Assembly (NCBI GenBank): GCA_004321885.1
Contig: SCQK01000016.1
Coordinates: 1-26,422, forward strand
Direction: 5' to 3'
DNA: 26,422 nucleotides
From: Patescibacteria group bacterium
GTDB lineage: Bacteria; Patescibacteriota; Patescibacteriia; Magasanikbacterales; GWA2-37-8
Shown here: piece after piece, positions 17,803 through 23,067 of the stretch
Layout: each line of letters starts with the position of its first letter
How positions within the stretch are numbered: position 1 is the first letter of the stretch
Notes under the pieces: generated by a model
What the model was told of the DNA's origin: nothing
The model's database searches: none
Seen by the model: only the letters and a program-made list of their open reading frames with translations
Position numbers and translations under genes: made by a program

Positions 17803-17874
17803 TGCCGAGGGCGAGGATCGAACTCGCGACGCATAGATTTTCAGTCTATCGCTCTACCACTGAGCTACCTCGGC
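17803..17874 (-). tRNA. tRNA-Phe (anticodon GAA)
   Basis: GCCGAGG-TA-GCTC-AGTGGTA-GAGC-G-ATAGA-CTGAAAA-TCTAT-GCGTC-GCGAG-TTCGATC-CTCGC-CCTCGGC-A. Confidence 0.85.
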
Positions 17875-17891
17875 TATTTTGTTTGGACCCG

Positions 17892-17965
17892 TGGACCCGG
17901 GCGGAGTCGAACCGCCGACCTCCACATTGCAAATGTGGCATTCTATCCAGCTGAACTACGGGCCC
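17892..17965 (-). tRNA. tRNA-Cys (anticodon GCA)
   Basis: GGGCCCG-TA-GTTC-AGCTGGATA-GAAT-G-CCACA-TTTGCAA-TGTGG-AGGTC-GGCGG-TTCGACT-CCGCC-CGGGTCC-A. Confidence 0.85.
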
Positions 17966-18039
17966 TTTTTATGGACCCTTCCCTACAGGCCCATTTTGTC
18001 TATTTCAATAAAAAACAGCCGCTACTATAACAAAAAACG

Positions 18040-18075
18040 CCATAAAAGTCAAAAGACCCCCGAGTCGGGGGTCTT
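18040..18075 (-). terminator. intrinsic terminator of the 556-aa gene
   Basis: minus strand: agaccccc-gact-cgggggtct followed by tttgacttttat. Confidence 0.5.
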
Positions 18076-18090
18076 GCGCGCGTTAAATTT

Positions 18091-19761
18091 TTAATACATT
18101 GGCCCGCTATTCATTGGTCCGCTGTCCTGCGGCCCGCCATTCATCGGCCCCTGCCCGGGACCGCCCTCGGGACCGCCTTCCATTTCCCGGCTCTGCTTTC
18201 TAGGCAGATACTTGCTTACGACCGAAGGCGCTTTCATTTCCTGGAATTGCTTGGGTCCTTTTTCCCACGGCATATCTTCCCCGCCGCCGGTCAGCTCGTC
18301 AAATTTCTGTTCAAATTCCTGGCCATAGGTTTCCATTTCTTCCATGATGGAAATTATCATGTCCTCGTCAACGTCTCCACCCTTTATCATGTCCAAAATT
18401 TCTTGTCCTTTGGCTTTGGCGTTGCCCAAGATATCCTGCAATTCGCTGACATCAATTTTCTTGCGCTGCAGGGTTTTAATCATCCTCTGTCCCTCGGCGA
18501 TATCGCGCTTGAATTCGGAAGCGAAACGCCCCAAATTGCTCATCATGTCAATAATTTTCATGTTCTGCCAAGCATCGTCGGTCTGGCCAAAGAAATCGTT
18601 CTCCAGCAGGTCAAAACCTTCACGGCCCTGGCCGGCCTCTATTTTTCCGGCGGCCTCGTCGCGCACCGCTTTCAGTTTATTAACCGCTTCTTCAAATTGG
18701 GCAAGATTGGCCGAGACATCAACGCCTTTTTTAGCCAGGCGCGCCGCCATGGTTTTGGCCCTCTTTACGCCGCGTTCCATTTCGGCAATCTGGCGGTTGA
18801 TGTCGCGCTTGGTCTGGGGCCAGCGGGAAAGCGTCTCCAACTGTTCGCGGTACTGGTCCAAAGACTGAAACATATCGCCCATGTCTTCCACGCCCGCGCC
18901 CTCCACTTCTTCCCAGGTCTTGGCGTTTTTCACCAGCGCAATCAGGGCCTTGAGTTTGGCCAAATTATCGCTGACTTCAGCCGGCACCGCAATTTTTTGC
19001 TTGGCCAGCTTGGATAATTGCTTTTCAAACATTTTAATGCCCTGCTCCGCGCCTTTCATGCCGCGCTTCATGCCGTCCATTCTTTGCGCCGCTTCAAAAA
19101 CATCGCGGCGTGTTTCTTCCAGGGCCTGCGAAAGATTTTGCATCTCACTCCAATCTATGTCGCCCATCTCTTCCGGGGTCTTGGCTTGTTTGGCGCTATC
19201 AATCACTGCCTGTAATTTGATTACATTGTCTTTGGCTTCCTGGGGCGCGGCGCTGCCTTTTTTCTCGGCGTCAACCATCATTTTTTTAAATCTGCTCAAA
19301 TTACTTTCCATCTGCTTAATGCTTCTTTGCATTTGTTTCATGTCTCCTTCTCTCATCCCGCCCTGTTGTCCGCCTTGCTGGTCGCCCGGCTGGCCCTGGC
19401 CGCCGGCATTGGGATAATTAGAACAAGGCCCGGACATTCTCACTCCGTTTACCATACACCAAGCTGTACTGTCAGAATTCATCGGCTGTTGGTTGGTTTG
19501 CGTTTGCTGGGGATAGGGAGAAACCGGCTCGTTCAATTTAATCGGCTGTGGTTCATAAGTCTGCACCGGCTTGGGCTGGGTAGTTTGCGTGGTTTGCGGC
19601 GCCGGCGCGACAGTGGTTGTTTCCTGCGCCGTTACCCGCGAAATAAACGACTTTAAGTACTCCGGAATGTTTAAATAAAACGCCTTGGCCGGCATAACCA
19701 GCGCCAAGGAAAAAATAAAAACCCCTAACAGGGTTCCCGCTGCGATGACAAGCTTTCGCAT
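18091..19761 (-). CDS. secreted/anchored coiled-coil protein with four tandem repeats of about 90 aa
   Basis: signal/anchor MRKLVIAAGTLLGVFIFSLALVMPAKA; Q/P/T-rich linker; four repeats each opening with a K-K-x-(V/A)...DNLAKLKA-like helix; Gly/Pro-rich tail GGPEGGPGQGPMNGGPQDSGPMNSGPMY. Confidence 0.75.
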   Translation of the reverse strand: MRKLVIAAGTLLGVFIFSLALVMPAKAFYLNIPEYLKSFISRVTAQETTTVAPAPQTTQTTQPKPVQTYEPQPIKLNEPVSPYPQQTQTNQQPMNSDSTAWCMVNGVRMSGPCSNYPNAGGQGQPGDQQGGQQGGMREGDMKQMQRSIKQMESNLSRFKKMMVDAEKKGSAAPQEAKDNVIKLQAVIDSAKQAKTPEEMGDIDWSEMQNLSQALEETRRDVFEAAQRMDGMKRGMKGAEQGIKMFEKQLSKLAKQKIAVPAEVSDNLAKLKALIALVKNAKTWEEVEGAGVEDMGDMFQSLDQYREQLETLSRWPQTKRDINRQIAEMERGVKRAKTMAARLAKKGVDVSANLAQFEEAVNKLKAVRDEAAGKIEAGQGREGFDLLENDFFGQTDDAWQNMKIIDMMSNLGRFASEFKRDIAEGQRMIKTLQRKKIDVSELQDILGNAKAKGQEILDMIKGGDVDEDMIISIMEEMETYGQEFEQKFDELTGGGEDMPWEKGPKQFQEMKAPSVVSKYLPRKQSREMEGGPEGGPGQGPMNGGPQDSGPMNSGPMY

Positions 19762-19803
19762 AAATTTTATTAAAATGAATTAAATTTTGATTTAACGCTA
19801 ACT

Positions 19804-19832
19804 ATTATACCACAAAAAACCGGTTTTGTCAA
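19804..19832 (-). promoter_or_regulatory. perfect consensus sigma70 promoter embedded in the 3' end of the DUF167 gene
   Basis: minus strand TTGACA - 17 nt - TATAAT; the DUF167 stop TGA overlaps the -35. Confidence 0.65.
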
Positions 19833-20056
19833 CCCACCAGCAAAACTTTTTGCCGGCTGGTAAAGCCGGAGACGATTCTGACGGTTGCAATTGGAACCTG
19901 AAAATAGTCGGCCGCGGCTTTTATCACCGCCCGGTTGGCCAAGCCGCGCTCGGGCGGCTCTTTTACCCAAATCACAAAATGCGTCCCGTCAATTTTTTCC
20001 ACTTGCTCCCGCCCGGACAATGGTTTCGCTTTCACGAACACGCGCATACGCGACAA
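19829..20056 (-). CDS. DUF167 (YggU/UPF0235) family protein
   Basis: 75 aa; VFVKAKPLSGREQV...VIWVKEPPERGLANRAVIKAAADYFQVPIATVRIVSGFTSRQKVLLV matches the DUF167 pattern; start may be the Met at 20047. Confidence 0.65.
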   Translation of the reverse strand: MSRMRVFVKAKPLSGREQVEKIDGTHFVIWVKEPPERGLANRAVIKAAADYFQVPIATVRIVSGFTSRQKVLLVG

Positions 20057-21287
20057 AACTTAAAATTATCCAAAACATCATGGCTAAATCGTTTTTGAAG
20101 TAGGGCGCGTCCACCAGCCCGTGCACAAACACGGCGGCCAGAGCCGCGAGCGCGCCGGTGGCCATTATTCCGCCATTCTTCTTTAATATATATGCTGCCG
20201 ACCCCAGCAAGGCAAAAAACGACAGCATGCCGGCCAACCCGGTTTCGGTCCAAAAATTGAGCGCGATGTTGTGCGGATAAATCAAACGCTCCATTTCTTT
20301 GGAATTGTAATGCGGCTTTTGAATTTTTCTGAAAAACTGCCGTATGCCCGCGCCCAAAATAAAATTCCTGGGCGAAGCGGATAAAAACTGCCAAGAATAA
20401 CTCCACAACACCAGCCGATTTTGCCCGGATTTATCCTGCAAAAGCAGTGCGCTTTTCATCCCCGGCGCAAACAGGCAGGCAATAACCGCGACAATTAAAA
20501 CCGCGGCCGCGATTTTTCTATAACCGATTAAAAATATATAAACTATGGAAGCGGCCAGCAGCGCCAGCCAGGCCCCGCGCGAAAAAGAAAAAAACAAGGC
20601 CGCGATAGCGAGCAGAAAAAACAAAAGAGGGAAAAATCGCTTCAAGTTTCCTCCCCTTAATAAGGGGGGGATTAAGGAGGGGTAGACAAAAGACAAGCCA
20701 AGCACCAGTGTCGGAACCAAATATAACCCAAGGGCGTTGGGCGAAGTAAAAAAAGAAGTAACTCGGCCGCGCAAATCATCATCCCACAGGCTGGGCGGAT
20801 AATAGGCAGGGTCAAACTTCTGCCAAAGCGCCAGAATGCTTACGGCCGCGGTGGAATAAAGCAGATACTTCGCCAGATTTTCTGCGCCGATTTCTTTGCG
20901 CCGGCCCACCAGAATAAAAAACACCAGCATCGGCTCCAAAAAATACGCCCGCCACTGGCCCAGCGAGGCCACCGCCATATCGCTGACAAAAATGGAGATA
21001 ACCGACGAGATAAAAAAAACACCGATGGCGCCGGCCAAAATTTTATGCTCAAAAATAAAATTTTTAATTTCCGCGCAGTCGCGGCGCGCGTGTTTTGTCA
21101 GCCAAACCAAAAACAGGGCGCCAAAAGTGATTTCCAAAAGAGTGGTGGGCAAACCGAATAATTTGAAACGTATTAAATACGCCGGCAAAAGCAAAATCAA
21201 AAACATCAAACCCAGCCGGAAGTTTTTCCAGGCAAGCAAACAAAAGACAAAAAAATATAAAATGACAAGCGCAAACATAGCTACCAC
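19989..21287 (-). CDS. O-antigen ligase (Wzy_C/WaaL) family membrane protein
   Basis: 432 aa, about 10-12 TM; FSFSRGAWLALLAASIVYIF and PHNIALNFWTETGLAGML motifs; carries repeat copy D in-frame (YPSLIPPLLRGGNLKRFF); 3' end overlaps the DUF167 ORF by about 60 nt. Confidence 0.8.
   Translation of the reverse strand: MVAMFALVILYFFVFCLLAWKNFRLGLMFLILLLPAYLIRFKLFGLPTTLLEITFGALFLVWLTKHARRDCAEIKNFIFEHKILAGAIGVFFISSVISIFVSDMAVASLGQWRAYFLEPMLVFFILVGRRKEIGAENLAKYLLYSTAAVSILALWQKFDPAYYPPSLWDDDLRGRVTSFFTSPNALGLYLVPTLVLGLSFVYPSLIPPLLRGGNLKRFFPLLFFLLAIAALFFSFSRGAWLALLAASIVYIFLIGYRKIAAAVLIVAVIACLFAPGMKSALLLQDKSGQNRLVLWSYSWQFLSASPRNFILGAGIRQFFRKIQKPHYNSKEMERLIYPHNIALNFWTETGLAGMLSFFALLGSAAYILKKNGGIMATGALAALAAVFVHGLVDAPYFKNDLAMMFWIILSFVAYARVRESETIVRAGASGKN
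20648..20684 (+). repeat. copy D of 38-bp repeat inside the O-antigen ligase gene
   Basis: ttcctcccc-ttaataa-ggggggg-attaa-ggaggggtag. Confidence 0.8.
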
Positions 21288-21826
21288 TTAAACTGCCCGC
21301 GCCTTAACATGTAAGCAAAACGGATAATATTGTACGCAATAAACTCATTTTCAATCGTACCGTCCGTCGCCATCTTCACCGCTTTGGGCAACGACACGAA
21401 CTCTACTTTTATCGGAAATTCCTCGTCGCCCGCCAGCGGCGCCGGCCGCAAATCCTTGGCCGCGAAAATATCTATGTGCCAAAGCAGGCTATTGCTGGGC
21501 GATTTTCTATAAAGCCGCTTGAAAGTCCCGGCCTTGTAGCCGGCCTCCTCGCGCAATTCCCTTTGTGCCGCGGCTGTCGGACTCTCGCCTTTATCCACCC
21601 GTCCGGCCGGCAAAAACCAGGTATTTTTCCTAAACCCGTGGCGGTATTCGTTTATCAAAAGCAAACGCCCGCGCCGGTCAAAAGCCAAAATTGTCACCGA
21701 GTTGGGCCGGCGGCAATATTCAAAAATTTTCTTCTCGCCATTTGGAAATAACACATCTCTCTGGTGCACGTCAAAAATTACGCCCTGGTAAACCTGTCTC
21801 AATTTTCCGTACCTAACTTTTTTCAT
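21281..21826 (-). CDS. NUDIX hydrolase (ADP-ribose pyrophosphatase-like)
   Basis: Nudix box GRVDKGESPTAAAQRELREEAGY; SD GGAGGAG; ATG overlaps the upstream gene stop (ATGA). Confidence 0.88.
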   Translation of the reverse strand: MKKVRYGKLRQVYQGVIFDVHQRDVLFPNGEKKIFEYCRRPNSVTILAFDRRGRLLLINEYRHGFRKNTWFLPAGRVDKGESPTAAAQRELREEAGYKAGTFKRLYRKSPSNSLLWHIDIFAAKDLRPAPLAGDEEFPIKVEFVSLPKAVKMATDGTIENEFIAYNIIRFAYMLRRGQFKW

Positions 21827-22407
21827 ATTTTCTCCTCCCCTGAAAATTCATGCCTAAAAATGTGAATGATAAAACTGGTGCCCAAGAGCGACAACAGCCC
21901 GACAATCACGAACAGCAAGCGGAAGGAATAAAAGTCCGCCAAATAAGCGCCCAAAAAAGCGGCTGTAGCCGTGCCCAGACTGACCGTGGTGTTATAAATG
22001 CCCCACTCATAGCCCGCCTTTTCGTCGCGCAAATAGCGGGTGAAAATCACCACCCAGCCAGGAAACGCCAGGGCGCCGCCCAGGCCGTAAATAAATTGCA
22101 GGATATAGACATGATTTAATGTTTGCGCGAAAACAAATCCAAACGGCACCGCGCTCATCAGAATTGAACCAACAAACAAAGTAATCAGCTCTCTTTTGTT
22201 GCCGCGCTCTTCGTCTGTCCACTTGGCCACCAGCATTTGAAAAAGCGATTTGGTAAGAAGTTGAATCGTCGTGGCCACGCCAATGGCTATTAGCGAAGCG
22301 CCGGAGATATTTTTCAGCATGAAAACCGCGAATATCGGCTGAATCAAACCAAAACTGCCCAAAATAAATAAATCAGACAAAATTAACGCGCGAATGATTT
22401 TGTGCAT
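21823..22407 (-). CDS. MFS-type transporter, 6-TM N-terminal half only
   Basis: 195 aa from ATG at 22407; MFS motif A-like LVAKWTDEERGNKRELITL between TM2 and TM3; six predicted TM then stop; the 375-aa ORF-track version extends through the GC-rich segment without support. Confidence 0.55.
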   Translation of the reverse strand: MHKIIRALILSDLFILGSFGLIQPIFAVFMLKNISGASLIAIGVATTIQLLTKSLFQMLVAKWTDEERGNKRELITLFVGSILMSAVPFGFVFAQTLNHVYILQFIYGLGGALAFPGWVVIFTRYLRDEKAGYEWGIYNTTVSLGTATAAFLGAYLADFYSFRLLFVIVGLLSLLGTSFIIHIFRHEFSGEEKI

Positions 22408-22452
22408 AAGTGGGGTATTTTCGCCACTATAAAATACCACTTTAACGCAATC

Positions 22453-22481
22453 TTGACAATTATATTTTCTCGGACTATAAT
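22453..22481 (+). promoter_or_regulatory. perfect consensus sigma70 promoter
   Basis: TTGACA - 17 nt - TATAAT, then about 45-nt leader with SD ggagagagaag before ATG at 22531. Confidence 0.65.
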
Positions 22482-22530
22482 TTCGCCCAACTGTCCAGCG
22501 GTCCAACCTTTTCCCGGAGAGAGAAGACTG

Positions 22531-22752
22531 ATGACCAGGCACATCTGTTGTAGGGACGGCGATTGTGGTTGTCCGGCGAGCTGCCGCGGCATGCTCAAAC
22601 GGCGGGGCAAGAAGCCCCGAGCCAACAAGCACGACAAGCGCGACGAGCAGCGCGACAACGTCGGCCTCTCCCGCAAGCGGAGAATGCCGCCGCCCATCAC
22701 CAACGAGCGCACCGACTACGTGGACGGCGACGACGGCGTCATCTTCCCGTAG
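22531..22752 (+). CDS. small Cys-rich, highly basic protein (73 aa)
   Basis: MTRHICCRDGDCGCPASCRGMLKRRGKKPRANKHDKRDEQRDNV...; good SD; about 63% GC segment; consensus promoter upstream, terminator downstream. Confidence 0.4.
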   Translation: MTRHICCRDGDCGCPASCRGMLKRRGKKPRANKHDKRDEQRDNVGLSRKRRMPPPITNERTDYVDGDDGVIFP

Positions 22753-22768
22753 AGTGGGAGACGACGTC

Positions 22769-22954
22769 ATGAAAAAAAACAAACACCCAAAAAAAGGTTT
22801 GCCCGCGAAAGTTCGCCTCGGCGAACCATTCCAGGGCATGCCTCCTTGTTCGGGGAAAAAGCCGACACTCGTCGGTTTCGCTAACCCCGACATCTTCGCG
22901 CACCTTAACATGCTCGGTGTCTTTGGCTCCGGGGTCAAACCCGTGGCCAACTAG
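22769..22954 (+). CDS. small hypothetical protein (61 aa)
   Basis: MKKNKHPKKGLPAKVRLGEPFQGMPPCSGKKPTLVGFANPDIFAHLNMLGVFGSGVKPVAN; SD gggaga 7 nt upstream; 16 nt after the previous ORF. Confidence 0.35.
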   Translation: MKKNKHPKKGLPAKVRLGEPFQGMPPCSGKKPTLVGFANPDIFAHLNMLGVFGSGVKPVAN

Positions 22955-23020
22955 ACCCGCCCCAGAAGGGCCGTGACCCGCGGCCCGAACGCGCTCTATG
23001 CCGGAGCGCGCGTCTCCTCC

Positions 23021-23067
23021 CTCCTGCTCCGCTTTCATCCCTTTTCTCGGAGCAGGAGGGTTTTTTT
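23021..23067 (+). terminator. intrinsic terminator
   Basis: ctcctgctccg - 16-nt loop - cggagcaggag then gggttttttta. Confidence 0.65.

Noticed and set aside
17879-18094. 71-aa ORF over tRNA-Cys and its flank
   Set aside because: It overlaps a tRNA gene and terminator, so it is spurious.
21823-22950. 375-aa version of the MFS ORF extending through 22408-22950
   Set aside because: The extension runs backwards through the consensus promoter and the GC-rich small-ORF unit. The MFS homology, including TM1, begins at the Met at 22407.
22480-23000. GC-rich segment as RNase P RNA or tmRNA
   Set aside because: No P4/CR-I (AGGAAAGUCCGGGCUCC-like) or tmRNA tag/TLD motifs were found. ORFs with SDs fit better.
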